This document shows positions 11,305 through 22,746 of a DNA stretch of 64,000 bases, piece after piece. The stretch lies in assembly GCA_944368805.1 (NCBI GenBank), contig CALVXC010000002.1, positions 5,153-69,152 of the forward strand, written 5' to 3'. The notes under the pieces were generated by a model. It was given only the letters and a program-made list of their open reading frames with translations, was not told the origin of the DNA and made no database searches. The position numbers were made by a program, and so were the translations under genes. Each line of letters opens with the position of its first letter. Position 1 is the stretch's first letter. Origin of the DNA: an uncultured Bacilli bacterium. Its GTDB lineage: Bacteria > Bacillota_I > Bacilli_A > RF39 > UBA660.

Positions 11305-11547
11305 ATGAGCGAAACCAAAGTTTATAATACCCAAAAGTTCGAAGATGCTTTGATTAAAGAAACGCTTAAAGAAGTGGTGGAAATTTTAAAAGAACGTGGT
11401 TATAATCCAATCAATCAATTAGTTGGTTATTTAATGAGTGGAGATCCAGGATATATTTCTAACCATAAAGAAGCAAGAAATCGTTTAATTAAATTTGAGC
11501 GTGATAAAATTTTAGAGATTTTAGTTAAGGATTTTATTAATAAATAA
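11305..11547 (+). CDS. ireB: IreB-family regulatory phosphoprotein (UPF0297/YrzL)
   Basis: 80-aa protein in the conserved alaS-yrzL-yrrK-yrzB-yrrL-yrrM gene order. Confidence 0.7.
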   Translation: MSETKVYNTQKFEDALIKETLKEVVEILKERGYNPINQLVGYLMSGDPGYISNHKEARNRLIKFERDKILEILVKDFINK

Positions 11548-11972
11548 TGCGTTATCTAGGATTAGATTTAGGAACTAAAACTTTAGGAGTGGCTGTTAGT
11601 GATGAAACAGGTCTAATTGCTTCAACTTATAAAACAATTTTTTATCAAGGTGACGAAAAATTATTATTTAATGAATTGAAACAAATTATTAAAGAGTTGA
11701 ATATAAAAAAAATTATTTTGGGTTTTCCAAAAAACATGAATAATTCCGTTGGTGAACGTGGACAAAGGGCTCTTGAATTTAAAGAAAAACTTCAAAACAA
11801 ATTGAATATCGAAGTAGTAATGTTAGATGAAAGATTAACAACTAAAGAAGCTACTAATTATATGTTAGAAGCTAATATATCAAGAAAAAAAAGAAAACAA
11901 AAAATTGATAGTTTAGCAGCTAATATAATTTTACAAACGTATTTAGATAGAAAGGAAAAAGAAAATGAGTGA
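11547..11972 (+). CDS. ruvX: Holliday-junction-resolvase-like YqgF/RuvX
   Basis: N-terminal LGLDLGTKTLGVAVSD motif. Confidence 0.85.
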   Translation: MRYLGLDLGTKTLGVAVSDETGLIASTYKTIFYQGDEKLLFNELKQIIKELNIKKIILGFPKNMNNSVGERGQRALEFKEKLQNKLNIEVVMLDERLTTKEATNYMLEANISRKKRKQKIDSLAANIILQTYLDRKEKENE

Positions 11973-12255
11973 TGAAAGAATAACGTTTAAAGTAAAAAAT
12001 GATGAAGGAAAAGAAGTAGAATGTGAAGTATTATTTACTTTTGAATCTGATGAAACGAAAAAAAACTATATGGTTTATACTGATTATACTAAAGATGATG
12101 CAGGTAATACGCGTGTTTATGCTTCAATTTATGATCCTAATGATGAAGAACCAATTTTACAACCAATTGAAACCGAAAAAGAATGGAAAATAATTGAAAC
12201 TATTTTGGAACAGATTCAAAATGAAGTAATAGGAGGAGACGATAACGAGCAATAA
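11965..12255 (+). CDS. DUF1292 protein (YrzB-like)
   Basis: Size and synteny. Confidence 0.6.
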   Translation: MSDERITFKVKNDEGKEVECEVLFTFESDETKKNYMVYTDYTKDDAGNTRVYASIYDPNDEEPILQPIETEKEWKIIETILEQIQNEVIGGDDNEQ

Positions 12256-12272
12256 TGGCTCGTTTTTGAGGT

Positions 12273-13385
12273 ATGAATAAAAAGAGCAAATGGCAAATAT
12301 TTAGACACAATCTTGGTGTTATTTATAAACGTCATAAAACAAGAAACACATTAACAATTGTTTTAGTTTTATTGTTGATTATTTTAATTAGTTTATTTTT
12401 GATTTATCAAAATAATTTAAAAGCTGTTAGTAAAGAAGATCAAAATGTGTCTTTTACAATTGAACAAGGTGATACGTATATGTCTATCGCACCTGTTTTA
12501 AAAGAAGCCGGACTAATAAAATCAGAATTGTTTTATAAAATATATGTTAAATTCCATGATCCTGGTGAACTTAATATTGGAATTTATACTTTAAATACTA
12601 ATATGAGTGTAAAAGAGATTGTTGATACATTAAGTGAGGGAAGCGAATATGGAGCAGGTACGGTTATTTTTACAATTCCTGAAGGCTGGCATTTTGAACA
12701 AATAGTTGAGTATACAGCAAGTGTTACTAATAATAGTACTGATGAAATAATAAATGCTTGGCAAAACGAACAGTTTATTGATGAATTGATTAGTAAATAT
12801 TGGTTTATTACAGAAGAAGTTAAGAATTCTAATATTCGTTATTACTTAGAAGGCTATTTCTTTCCAGCAACTTATTATTTTGAAAGTAAAGATGTTAATC
12901 CTAATGAAATAGCTTATAAAATGTTAGATCAAATGGAAGTTATTTTAAATAAGTATCAAACAGAAATTAATAATAGTAATTATACTGTTCATCAAATTTT
13001 AACAATGGCTAGTATAATTGAACATGAAGCAATTTTAGATGAAGATCGTCAAATGATTGCTAGCGTTTTTTACAATCGTTTAAATAGTGATATGCCACTT
13101 CAAAGCTGTGCCACTTTAGGTTATGCAACTGGAGAGTGGAAATTAACTTATACTTATGACGATATGCAAATAGACTCACCATATAACACTTATTTATATA
13201 ATGGTTTTCCAGCTGGTCCAGGAAATATGCCTGGCGAAGCTAGTATCGAAGCTGCATTAAAACCAGCTAGTAGTAATTATTATTATTTTATGGCTAACGT
13301 TTGTGATGAAGAAGCAACTGAAACTTATTATGCTGAAACTTATGAAGAACATCAAGCTAATATTGAGAAGTATTTAACATGTTAG
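12273..13385 (+). CDS. mltG: Endolytic murein transglycosylase MltG (YceG-like)
   Basis: N-terminal TM segment, YceG-like domain and synteny. Confidence 0.8.
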   Translation: MNKKSKWQIFRHNLGVIYKRHKTRNTLTIVLVLLLIILISLFLIYQNNLKAVSKEDQNVSFTIEQGDTYMSIAPVLKEAGLIKSELFYKIYVKFHDPGELNIGIYTLNTNMSVKEIVDTLSEGSEYGAGTVIFTIPEGWHFEQIVEYTASVTNNSTDEIINAWQNEQFIDELISKYWFITEEVKNSNIRYYLEGYFFPATYYFESKDVNPNEIAYKMLDQMEVILNKYQTEINNSNYTVHQILTMASIIEHEAILDEDRQMIASVFYNRLNSDMPLQSCATLGYATGEWKLTYTYDDMQIDSPYNTYLYNGFPAGPGNMPGEASIEAALKPASSNYYYFMANVCDEEATETYYAETYEEHQANIEKYLTC

Positions 13386-13966
13386 ATAAATTAGAACAAA
13401 CAGCTATAAAAAATAATATTCCAATTATGAGTAAAGATGGCATTAATTATTTAATAAACTTTATTAAAGAAAATAAAGTAAAAACGATTTTAGAAATAGG
13501 TACAGCAATTGGTTATTCAGCTATTAAAATGGCTTTCATTGATCCTGAGATAAAAATAGTAACAATTGAACGTGATCAAAATAGATATAATGAAGCTATT
13601 GTTAATGTAAAAGAATTTGGCTTAGAAAAACAAATTGATGTTATTTTAGCTGATGCTTTAGAAATTGATATAACTAGTAAATTTGATTTAGTTTTTATTG
13701 ATGCTGCTAAAGCACAATATATAAAATTTTTTGAAAAATTTAAACATAATTTAAATAAACATGGTATAATAGTATCAGACAACTTAAATTTTCATGGTTT
13801 AGTTAATAGTGATAAGACTGATTTAAGTCGTAATTTACGTAATTTAGTTTTAAAAATTGAAAAATATATTCAATTTTTAGAAAATAATATCGAATTTAAA
13901 ACCAAATTTATTAATATTGGTGACGGTATAAGTATAAGTAGAAAGGATGATGAAGATGAAAATTAA
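13379..13966 (+). CDS. SAM-dependent O-methyltransferase (YrrM-like)
   Basis: LEIGTAIGYSA motif I and synteny. Confidence 0.75.
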   Translation: MLDKLEQTAIKNNIPIMSKDGINYLINFIKENKVKTILEIGTAIGYSAIKMAFIDPEIKIVTIERDQNRYNEAIVNVKEFGLEKQIDVILADALEIDITSKFDLVFIDAAKAQYIKFFEKFKHNLNKHGIIVSDNLNFHGLVNSDKTDLSRNLRNLVLKIEKYIQFLENNIEFKTKFINIGDGISISRKDDEDEN

Positions 13967-14528
13967 AGTTTTGATTATCGTGTTAGTAATTATTTTGTTG
14001 TTAGTAGTAGGTGGCTTTTTCTTTGTTTCATATAAGAAAGACAAAGCTAAAGAAATTATTTTAGAAGATGTTAATGCTTTAGAAAAAGATATTGATATTA
14101 TTAATGATGGAACTGAAATTGATGATTTTAAATTAATTTATGAAATGGAATTTTATTTTGAAAATGTCAAATATGATTATGCTGTTAATTTATTAACTAA
14201 TGAAATTGTTAATTATGATCAAGAAGGTCAAAATAATACAAATAATCAAAGTAATAACAATCAAAATAACAATAATCAAACAACCAATACTAATCAAACT
14301 GATACGAATACTACTAATACAATTACTAGTGAAGAAGCAAAAACAATTGCTTTAGAAGATGCTAAAGTACCTAGTGAAAGCGTAAATAATGTTATTATCG
14401 AACAAGATTATAATAATGGTTTACTAGAATACGAAATTGAATTTTCATTTGACCAAATTAGATACGAATATACAATTGACGCTAATGGAAATATTGTTAG
14501 CTTTGATAAAGAGCAAATAAGAAGTTAA
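13947..14528 (+). CDS. Membrane-anchored PepSY-domain protein
   Basis: N-terminal TM segment, N/Q/T-rich linker and two PepSY-like repeats (YEMEFYFENVKYDY / YEIEFSFDQIRYEY). Confidence 0.5.
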   Translation: MMKMKIKVLIIVLVIILLLVVGGFFFVSYKKDKAKEIILEDVNALEKDIDIINDGTEIDDFKLIYEMEFYFENVKYDYAVNLLTNEIVNYDQEGQNNTNNQSNNNQNNNNQTTNTNQTDTNTTNTITSEEAKTIALEDAKVPSESVNNVIIEQDYNNGLLEYEIEFSFDQIRYEYTIDANGNIVSFDKEQIRS

Positions 14529-14551
14529 ATTTGAAAAAGTTTAACTTTTTT
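14520..14551 (+). terminator. Rho-independent terminator
   Basis: aagttaaa-tttgaaaaag-tttaactttttttg. Confidence 0.6.
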
Positions 14552-14647
14552 TGTGGAATTATTATTTTATAAATAACAAACTACTGTATTAAAAATTTAA
14601 TTTTACTTCTTAAAAACTAAATGATATAATAGTTTTAGGTGATTTAA

Positions 14648-16444
14648 ATGCAACAAAAAAATATTCGTAACTTTTCAATAATTGCCCATATTGATCATGG
14701 TAAAAGTACGTTAGCTGATCGTATTTTAGAACTTACTAACGCAATTAGTTCTAGAGAAATGCAAGCTCAACTTTTAGATAATATGGACTTAGAACGAGAA
14801 CGTGGAATTACAATTAAATTAAATGCTGTACAATTAAAATATAATTATAAAAACGAAGATTATATTTTACACTTAATTGATACACCAGGTCATGTTGATT
14901 TTACATATGAAGTTAGTCGTAGTCTAGCAGCTTGTGAGGGGGCTATTTTAGTAGTTGATGCAGCCCAAGGAATTGAAGCTCAAACATTAGCCAATCTTTA
15001 TTTAGCTTTAGAAAATGATTTGACAATAATTCCTGTTATTAATAAAATAGATTTACCTAATGCTAATCCTTCAAAAGTAAAACAAGAACTTATGGATAAT
15101 TTAGGCTTTAAAGAAGATGAAATAATTTTAACTAGTGCTAAAGAAGGAATTGGTATTAAAAAACTTGTTGAAACTGTTATTGAAAAAGTTAAAGCTCCCC
15201 AAAGTAATAGTGATAAATTACAAGCCTTAATTTTTGATAGTTATTATGATCCGTATAAAGGAATTGTTGCTTTAATTAGAATAGTAAATGGTAAATTAAA
15301 TGTTGGTGATAAAATTAAAATGATGGCTACCAATAGTGATTATGAAGTAGTTGAACTAGGTGTTCATACTCCGCATGAAGTAAAAAAGAAAAGTTTAGTT
15401 AGTGGTGAAGTAGGTTATGTATGTGCCAGTATAAAAAATATTGATGATGTTAAAGTTGGTGATACAATTACTTTAAAAGACGATCCGGCTGCCGAATCTT
15501 TACCAGGATATAAACCAATGAAACCAATGGTTTTTTGTGGACTTTATCCAATTCAATCATCTAAATATAAAGATTTAAGAGAAGCTTTAGAAAAACTAAA
15601 ACTAAATGATGCTTCTTTAGAATTCATTCCTGAAACTTCTAAAGCTTTAGGTTTTGGTTTTAGAACTGGTTTTTTAGGTTTATTACACATGGAAATTATT
15701 GAAGAAAGAATTGAACGTGAATACAATATTGAACTAATTGCTACTAGTCCTTCTGTTATTTATGAAATCGAACTTACTGATGGCGAAATAATCAAAATTG
15801 ATAGTCCAGCTAAAATGCCAGATCGTGGTAAAATAAAAGTAATTAAAGAACCGTATATTAGAACTAATATTTTTGTTCCAAGTGATTATATTGGTCCAAT
15901 TATGGAGTTATGTCAAGATAAAAGAGGTAATTATATTTCTTTAGAATATATAGATCAAACACGTGTTAATATTCATTATGAAATACCACTTTCAGAAATT
16001 GTCTATGATTTTTTTGATAAACTAAAAAGTGTTAGTAAAGGTTATGCTTCTTTTGATTATGAACTTATTGGTTATAAAGAAAGTAAATTAGTTAAAATGG
16101 ATATTTTAATTAATGGTGAAATAGTTGATGCTTTAAGTATTATTGTTCATAAAGATTTTGCATATAAACGTGGTAAAGCAATTGTTGAAAATTTAAAAAA
16201 ACTAATTCCAAGACAACAATTTGAAGTTCCAATTCAAGCTAGTATAGGTAGTAAAGCAATTGCTAGAGCTGATATTAAAGCAGTTAGGAAAAACGTTTTA
16301 GCTAAATGTTATGGTGGAGATGTTTCTAGAAAACGAAAACTATTAGAGAAACAAAAAGAAGGAAAAAAACGTATGAAAATGGTTGGTAGTGTTGAAATAC
16401 CAGAAGAAGCTTTTTTAGCTGTATTGAAAATGGATGAAGAGTAA
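14648..16444 (+). CDS. lepA: Elongation factor 4
   Basis: [21 protein letters not shown]1 motif plus the LepA C-terminus. Confidence 0.95.
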   Translation: MQQKNIRNFSIIAHIDHGKSTLADRILELTNAISSREMQAQLLDNMDLERERGITIKLNAVQLKYNYKNEDYILHLIDTPGHVDFTYEVSRSLAACEGAILVVDAAQGIEAQTLANLYLALENDLTIIPVINKIDLPNANPSKVKQELMDNLGFKEDEIILTSAKEGIGIKKLVETVIEKVKAPQSNSDKLQALIFDSYYDPYKGIVALIRIVNGKLNVGDKIKMMATNSDYEVVELGVHTPHEVKKKSLVSGEVGYVCASIKNIDDVKVGDTITLKDDPAAESLPGYKPMKPMVFCGLYPIQSSKYKDLREALEKLKLNDASLEFIPETSKALGFGFRTGFLGLLHMEIIEERIEREYNIELIATSPSVIYEIELTDGEIIKIDSPAKMPDRGKIKVIKEPYIRTNIFVPSDYIGPIMELCQDKRGNYISLEYIDQTRVNIHYEIPLSEIVYDFFDKLKSVSKGYASFDYELIGYKESKLVKMDILINGEIVDALSIIVHKDFAYKRGKAIVENLKKLIPRQQFEVPIQASIGSKAIARADIKAVRKNVLAKCYGGDVSRKRKLLEKQKEGKKRMKMVGSVEIPEEAFLAVLKMDEE

Positions 16445-16802
16445 AGGAAGTGATAAGTTGAGTATTCAAATAAAACAAGGACGAATTAAATTTCGAATGA
16501 CCGTTCCATTTATTGAAGAAATACAAGATCCTAATTTTTCATATAAAGTTTATAGAGATACTTATAAAGAAAAATATATTAATAATACTATAAACGAAGA
16601 AGATTTAGATAAAATATATGAAATAATAGATAGTCCTATACCATTAAAAAAAAGAGATCTTTTGGAACTTAATAAAAAATTAGAAAGTCTTCAACAAGAA
16701 TATGAAACACGTATCCAAAAAGAAGATCCGAATTTAGTTAGTGAAGATATTACAAATAGAATGAAAGATTTAGTGGAAAATAAAAATGGAAAACATATCT
16801 AA
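16434..16802 (+). CDS. Hypothetical protein
   Basis: ORF overlapping the lepA end and hemW start; no motif recognised. Confidence 0.35.
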   Translation: MKSKGSDKLSIQIKQGRIKFRMTVPFIEEIQDPNFSYKVYRDTYKEKYINNTINEEDLDKIYEIIDSPIPLKKRDLLELNKKLESLQQEYETRIQKEDPNLVSEDITNRMKDLVENKNGKHI

Positions 16803-17880
16803 ATCTGTATATATTCATATTCCTTTTTGTAAAAATATTTGCCATTATTGTGATTTTTGTAAAATGTATTATCAAACTAATTGGATAGATAAATATTTAG
16901 AAGCTTTAAAAAAAGAAGTTATAACTAACTATAAAGGTGAATTAATAAAAACAATTTATATCGGTGGTGGAACACCTAGTTGTTTAAATTTAGAAGAGTT
17001 GAAAAATTTATTTTTGATTATTAAGTTATTTAAAAAAAGTCCTGATTTAGAATTTACTTTTGAATGTAATATTGAAGATATAACTTTAGATAAATTAAAA
17101 TTATTATCAAAAAATGGTGTGAATCGAATTAGTATTGGTATTCAAACATTTAATAAAACTCATCAAAAATTTATTAATCGGGAAAATAGTTATAATATAG
17201 TTTTAAATAAAATTAACTTGATTAAAAAATATTTTAATAATATTAATTTAGATTTAATGTATGGTTTTGAAAATCAGACTTTAAAACAATTAGAAAAAGA
17301 TATAAATTTGTTTTTAAAATTAGATGTTAATCATATTTCAACTTATTCTTTAATTATTGAACCACATACTAAATTTTATATTGATAAAATTAAATCAATT
17401 GATGAAGATTTAGATTATAAAATGTATCAATTGATTAATAAAAAATTATTAGATAGTGGTTTTGAACATTATGAAATAAGCAACTATAGTAAAAAAAATT
17501 ATAAATCAAAACATAATTTAACTTATTGGAATAATGAACATTATTATGGTTTTGGCTTAGGAGCTAGTGGCTATATAAATAATATTAGATATGATAATAC
17601 AAGAAATTTAAATAAATATTTAAAAGGTGATTATGTTTTTGAAAGTCACAAACTATCTTTAAAAGAAACAATGGAAAATGAACTTATTTTAGGTTTAAGA
17701 AAAATAAATGGAGTTAATAGAAAAATATTTTTTGATAAATATAAAAGAAATATTGAAGAAGTTTTTGATATAAAAAAATTACTTATTGATAAAAAATTAA
17801 TAAAGAAAAATAATTATTATTTTATTAATAAAGATTATCTATATTTATCTAATGATATTTTAATTAATTTTATTGATTAG
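16786..17880 (+). CDS. hemW: Radical SAM heme chaperone HemW (coproporphyrinogen-III-oxidase-like)
   Basis: CKNICHYCDFC radical SAM motif with GGGTPS. Found next to lepA, as is usual. Confidence 0.85.
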   Translation: MENISKSVYIHIPFCKNICHYCDFCKMYYQTNWIDKYLEALKKEVITNYKGELIKTIYIGGGTPSCLNLEELKNLFLIIKLFKKSPDLEFTFECNIEDITLDKLKLLSKNGVNRISIGIQTFNKTHQKFINRENSYNIVLNKINLIKKYFNNINLDLMYGFENQTLKQLEKDINLFLKLDVNHISTYSLIIEPHTKFYIDKIKSIDEDLDYKMYQLINKKLLDSGFEHYEISNYSKKNYKSKHNLTYWNNEHYYGFGLGASGYINNIRYDNTRNLNKYLKGDYVFESHKLSLKETMENELILGLRKINGVNRKIFFDKYKRNIEEVFDIKKLLIDKKLIKKNNYYFINKDYLYLSNDILINFID

Positions 17881-17972
17881 TTTTTAATAGATAAATAGTG
17901 TAAAGAAATGTATATATTGTTTAGTTTTGGATTAAATAATGTTATAATAAAGATAGTAAAGGATGGTGTTTT

Positions 17973-18989
17973 ATGAAGTGTGTTGCTATAAAAGATGTAA
18001 AACAATTTGAACTTAAAGATATTGCTGAACCAAAATCAGAAAATGGTGAGGTAATAATTGATGTTAAGAAAACTGGAATATGTGGATCAGATATTCATTA
18101 TTGGGTTTTAGGAGAACCTAAAGGATTGGTTATGGGACATGAGTATTGTGGTGTTGTTACTGATCCTGGTAGTAGAGATGATTTGAAAGTAGGAGATCGC
18201 ATAACAGCTTTACCGATTTCTCCTTGTAATAAATGCGAAGCTTGTTTAAGTGGTAATATTCAATATTGTAGTGAAACTTGGAATCAAGCTACAGGGTTAT
18301 CTTTAACTAATTCTGGTGCATTAGCGCCTAAAATGGCAATTAGACCAGATATGGTAATTAAAGTTCCTGAAAATGTAACTGATGAAGAAGTGGCTATGGT
18401 TGAACCAACAGCTGTTGGTTTACATGCAATTCATTTAGCTAATGTTAAAGTTGGTAATCGTGTTTTAATTGTTGGTGGTGGAATTATTGGTTTAGTTTCT
18501 GCTATGTTTGCCAAAATGCAAGGAGCAAGTTATGTAGCTGTTAGTGAAACTAATGCTTCACGTGGTGAAAAAGCTTTAAAATTAAAAGTGGCTGATGAAT
18601 GGTTTGATGTTAAAGATGAAAAAACGATGGGGTTATTATTAGATAAAAATTTTGATATTGTTATTGAATGTTGTGGCAATAGTGCTGCTGTTAATACAGC
18701 CATTAGTGTTGTTAAACCTGGTGGTACTGTTGTTTTAGTCGGAGTATCAATGGAAAATATTAATATGGCGTCAATAGTAGCAGTTATGCATGAATTAACA
18801 CTTCAAGGAGCAATTGCTTATACTTATAATGAATTTAAAACATGTTTGGAATTAATGAGTAAAAAACAAATTGATGTTTTGAAATTTGTCGATGATGTAG
18901 TTGGTTTAGAAGATGTCCAAGCCTCTTATGAACGTTTAACATCAGGTAAAGATGATGCAATTAAGATATTGGTTGATCCTAATAAGTAA
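17973..18989 (+). CDS. Zn-dependent alcohol/polyol dehydrogenase (MDR family)
   Basis: GICGSDIHYW, GHEYCGVV and GGGIIGL motifs. Confidence 0.8.
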   Translation: MKCVAIKDVKQFELKDIAEPKSENGEVIIDVKKTGICGSDIHYWVLGEPKGLVMGHEYCGVVTDPGSRDDLKVGDRITALPISPCNKCEACLSGNIQYCSETWNQATGLSLTNSGALAPKMAIRPDMVIKVPENVTDEEVAMVEPTAVGLHAIHLANVKVGNRVLIVGGGIIGLVSAMFAKMQGASYVAVSETNASRGEKALKLKVADEWFDVKDEKTMGLLLDKNFDIVIECCGNSAAVNTAISVVKPGGTVVLVGVSMENINMASIVAVMHELTLQGAIAYTYNEFKTCLELMSKKQIDVLKFVDDVVGLEDVQASYERLTSGKDDAIKILVDPNK

Positions 18990-18991
18990 AA

Positions 18992-19022
18992 TTATTGATT
19001 AAGTTCAATAATTTTTTTATAC
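18992..19022 (+). terminator. Rho-independent terminator
   Basis: attattga-ttaag-ttcaataattttttt. Confidence 0.6.
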
Positions 19023-19233
19023 AAAAAAGATTTAGAAAAAATGAAGAGAGTTTTTGAAAAGAAATGAAAAACTTTTGTAAAACAAAAAATTAAAATAAAA
19101 CAGAAAAAAGATTGACTTAAACAAGAACATATGTTACTATTTGAATAGTGAAAAAGATTGCTTTTAAAATGCTATTTAATTTAAAAAATAGACATTTAAT
19201 TAAGGATTTGATACAATAATGTTAGGTGGTAAG

Positions 19234-19815
19234 ATGGATAAAGGAAGTTATTTTAAACAAGAAATAAATTATATTAAAAATAGTAAATATCGCGAGAATG
19301 CTTTGATATTAATTAAGCTTTTACCTGATTATTTTTTTGAAGTACCTGCTTCATCAACTGGAAAATATCATCCAGCTTTTGCTTTAGGAATGGGAGGATT
19401 AGTTAGACATACTAAAGTAGCGGTTAAAATAGCGTATGAACTTTTAAATAATCCTATAATTGGTGAACCATTTAAAAGTGAAGAAAAAGATTTAATGATT
19501 TTATCTTTAATTTTACATGATGGTTTAAAATCAGGAGTTAGAAAAAGTAATTATACTTGTTTTGATCATCCTATTTTAATAGCCAATTTTATTAAAGAAC
19601 ATAAAAAAGATTTAACTTTAACTGATAATGAAATTTTATTTATTACTAATGTAATTGAAAGTCATATGGGACCTTGGAATAAAAGCGATTATAGTGACGT
19701 TGTTTTACCGATTCCTAAAAACAAATACCAGAAATTTGTTCATATGTGTGATTATTTAGCTAGTCGTAAATTTTTGAATATTGATTTTGATAAAAATAAT
19801 AATATTAAGGAGTGA
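19234..19815 (+). CDS. HD-superfamily phosphohydrolase
   Basis: H...HD motifs (ILHDGLK). RBS AGGTGG lies before the ATG at 19234. Confidence 0.5.
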   Translation: MDKGSYFKQEINYIKNSKYRENALILIKLLPDYFFEVPASSTGKYHPAFALGMGGLVRHTKVAVKIAYELLNNPIIGEPFKSEEKDLMILSLILHDGLKSGVRKSNYTCFDHPILIANFIKEHKKDLTLTDNEILFITNVIESHMGPWNKSDYSDVVLPIPKNKYQKFVHMCDYLASRKFLNIDFDKNNNIKE

Positions 19816-19821
19816 GTTGTA

Positions 19822-20913
19822 ATGTTAATAGATGGAAAAAAATATAAAATTAATAAAGATACGATAGCGATAAGTGAATGGGATAAAATTTACTGTGAAT
19901 TATTGAAACAAGTTATTAATGAAGGAGAAGAAAAACCTAATCGAACAGGTATTGATACTATTAGTGACGAAGGAATTTATTTTAAATTAAATGTTGGTGA
20001 AGCTTTTCCTATTTTAGAAACAAAAAAAGTTAATATTAAAAATGCTTTATCAGAAATGTTATGGATATATCAAGCCCAATCTAATGATGTTAATTGGCTA
20101 AAAGAACGTAATAATCCAATTTGGAATGAATGGGAAATTGGCGCTGATGGTTATTGGCGCGCTGTTCAAATGGTACCTGATGAAAATGGTAAACTAGTAA
20201 AGAAAAAAATCGAAAAATACTTTGGTAAAGAATATGCTGGTACAATAGGAACTGCATATGGATGGATAAATGCGAAGTTTAAAAGACCACAATATGTTTT
20301 AGAACAGTTGAAAAATAATCCTAATGATCGAAGAATGGTTATTAGTTTATGGCAAGATGAATATTTAAAAACAGCTGTGTTACCATCTTGTGTTTGGAGT
20401 AGTGAATGGAAAGTAAAAAATGGAAAACTTAATGTTTTTGTTCATCAACGTAGTTGTGATATTCCACTAGGTTTACCATTTAATGTTAGTCAGTATGCTA
20501 TATTGCTTTCTTTATTTGCTAAAGTATCTAATTTAGAAGTAGGTAATTTAAATTGGAGTATTATGGATGCGCATATTTATAAAAATCAGTTAGAAGGTAT
20601 TAAATTACAACTAAAACGTTATGATAAAATGCTTCATTGGGAAAAATTTATTAAAGATCATTCTTTAAGCGAAATTGAAATTATGTATAATTTTTTAAAT
20701 CATAAATTGAATTCGAACGAAGATAATATTGATAAAGAAGATGTAACTGAAGATATGAACATTTTAAAATTCTTATTAACAAAAGAAAAACCAATTTTAG
20801 CTTTAGCTGATAAAGATGATTTCTTTGCTTTTGATAATAGTGAAGATAATAAAGATATAAAAGTTCTAAATTACTCATCATTACCATTTATTAAAATGCC
20901 GATTGCTAAATGA
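19822..20913 (+). CDS. thyA: Thymidylate synthase, long form with extended C-terminus
   Basis: RTGIDT, SLWQ, PSCVW, HQRSCDIPLGLPFN and DAHIY motifs. Ends at TGA inside the folA ATGA overlap. Confidence 0.85.
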   Translation: MLIDGKKYKINKDTIAISEWDKIYCELLKQVINEGEEKPNRTGIDTISDEGIYFKLNVGEAFPILETKKVNIKNALSEMLWIYQAQSNDVNWLKERNNPIWNEWEIGADGYWRAVQMVPDENGKLVKKKIEKYFGKEYAGTIGTAYGWINAKFKRPQYVLEQLKNNPNDRRMVISLWQDEYLKTAVLPSCVWSSEWKVKNGKLNVFVHQRSCDIPLGLPFNVSQYAILLSLFAKVSNLEVGNLNWSIMDAHIYKNQLEGIKLQLKRYDKMLHWEKFIKDHSLSEIEIMYNFLNHKLNSNEDNIDKEDVTEDMNILKFLLTKEKPILALADKDDFFAFDNSEDNKDIKVLNYSSLPFIKMPIAK

Positions 20914-21398
20914 AGAAAATAGTTTTAATAGCAGCTATAGGTAAAAATAATGAATTAGGTCGAGATAATCAATTACTTTGGCATCTTCCTAGTGATTTAA
21001 AGTTTTTTAAAAATCAAACTTTAGGAAAAACGGTCGTGATGGGATATAATACGTTTGTTTCTTTAAATAAGCCTTTACCACAAAGAGACAATGTAGTATT
21101 AACAACTAAAGATATTGATTTGGGATCTGAAGTAATGGTTTTTCATAGTAAAGATGAACTTTTAAATAATATTAATACTGATGAATTATATATAATTGGT
21201 GGATCTAAAGTTTATAATCAGTTTATTGATGAAGCTCAAATTATGCTTTTAACTGAAATTGAAAAGCAAGCAGTTGCTGATGTCTTTTTTCCAGAATTTG
21301 ATCGTAGCGAATTTGATGTCGAAAAATTAGGTGAAGTTTCTGAAAATGGGATAAAATATAAACATTTAAAATATGTGAGGCGATTTAATGAAAGGTAA
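20910..21398 (+). CDS. folA: Dihydrofolate reductase
   Basis: IVLIAAIGKNNELG, LPW-like and GG.KVY motifs. Confidence 0.85.
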   Translation: MKKIVLIAAIGKNNELGRDNQLLWHLPSDLKFFKNQTLGKTVVMGYNTFVSLNKPLPQRDNVVLTTKDIDLGSEVMVFHSKDELLNNINTDELYIIGGSKVYNQFIDEAQIMLLTEIEKQAVADVFFPEFDRSEFDVEKLGEVSENGIKYKHLKYVRRFNER

Positions 21399-22062
21399 AT
21401 TGATTGTTATTGAAGGAACTGATTGTTCTGGTAAAGAAACACAAACAAAACTATTGTTAAAAAAACTTAACGAAAAACAAATTGAAACTAAATATTTTTC
21501 TTATCCTAATTACGCTTCACCAACAGGTAAAATAATTGGTGGACCTTATTTAGGAAAAAAAGAAATATGTGAGGGGTGGTTTAAAGAAGGAGCTACTTTA
21601 GTTGATCCTTATGTGGCTAGTCTTTATTATGCAGCTGATCGTAGATATAATTATCAAGATATTTTAAATTTATTAAATAAAGGAATTAATGTTATTTTAG
21701 ATCGTTATGTTTATTCTAATATGGCACATCAAGCTGGTAAATTTTTAAATAAAACAGAAAGAGAAAAAATGTATCATTTTTTAGATGAATTAGAATTTAA
21801 TTTGTTGGAGTTACCAATTCCCGATTTGAAAATATTTTTAGATATGCCAGTTGAATATGCTAAAATATTAAAAGAAAATAGAGTTAATATTGATGAACAT
21901 GAAAGTAATGAAGAATATTTAAAACAAGCTTATTTAACTTATAAAGAGATTGCTAAATTATATCAATTTAAAACAATTGAATGTGTTAAAGATGGTAAAA
22001 TTAGAAGTATTGAAAGTATTAATGATGAGCTTTGTGAATATATTTTTACTGAGGTGTCATAA
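21388..22062 (+). CDS. tmk: Thymidylate kinase
   Basis: LIVIEGTDCSGKET P-loop and DRY motif. Confidence 0.85.
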   Translation: MKGKLIVIEGTDCSGKETQTKLLLKKLNEKQIETKYFSYPNYASPTGKIIGGPYLGKKEICEGWFKEGATLVDPYVASLYYAADRRYNYQDILNLLNKGINVILDRYVYSNMAHQAGKFLNKTEREKMYHFLDELEFNLLELPIPDLKIFLDMPVEYAKILKENRVNIDEHESNEEYLKQAYLTYKEIAKLYQFKTIECVKDGKIRSIESINDELCEYIFTEVS

Positions 22063-22746
22063 ATGGAAATTATTGCGCATCGTGGGAATAATAATCATGA
22101 TTATAGTGAAAATACCTTAGAAGCAATTTTAGCTAGTATTAATAAAGAATATGTTGATGGTGTTGAATTTGATATTAGACTGACTAAAGATAATAAGTTA
22201 GTTGTTATTCATGACTATTTAATTAACGAAGTAAGCGATGGTGTAGGAATTGTTCATGAAATGACTTTACAAGAGATAAAAAAATATAATTTTGGTACTA
22301 AAGAAAAGCCTTCTAAAATAGCTACTTTAGAAGATGTTTTGAAAAATGTAACGAATGGTAAAAAATTGTTGATTGAAATTAAAGAAGAAAGTAATGATTT
22401 TCTTAAATTAGGAGAAGTGTTAGATAGTGTTTTAAAAAAATATCCTAATCGCAATATCCTGTTGTGTAGTTTTAATTATAAGTTATGTAAATATTTAAAG
22501 AAAAATTATAATTATAAAATTGGACTTTTAATAGGGATTAAATTAAATGTTGATAAGTTTTATAATGATTTTAATTTTAATTCAATTAATTATCGTCATT
22601 TAAATAAAATTGTTTTTCGTTTTAAACGTAATTATGTTTGGACAATTAATGATGAAAAAACTTTTAAAAGGATTAAAAAGAAAGTTATTAAATATAATGT
22701 TGGAGTAATAACTGATAAACCGTATTTAATTAAGGAGTTTGTATGA
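22063..22746 (+). CDS. Glycerophosphodiester phosphodiesterase family protein
   Basis: IIAHRG...EFDIRLTKD...VIHD motif. Confidence 0.75.
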   Translation: MEIIAHRGNNNHDYSENTLEAILASINKEYVDGVEFDIRLTKDNKLVVIHDYLINEVSDGVGIVHEMTLQEIKKYNFGTKEKPSKIATLEDVLKNVTNGKKLLIEIKEESNDFLKLGEVLDSVLKKYPNRNILLCSFNYKLCKYLKKNYNYKIGLLIGIKLNVDKFYNDFNFNSINYRHLNKIVFRFKRNYVWTINDEKTFKRIKKKVIKYNVGVITDKPYLIKEFV

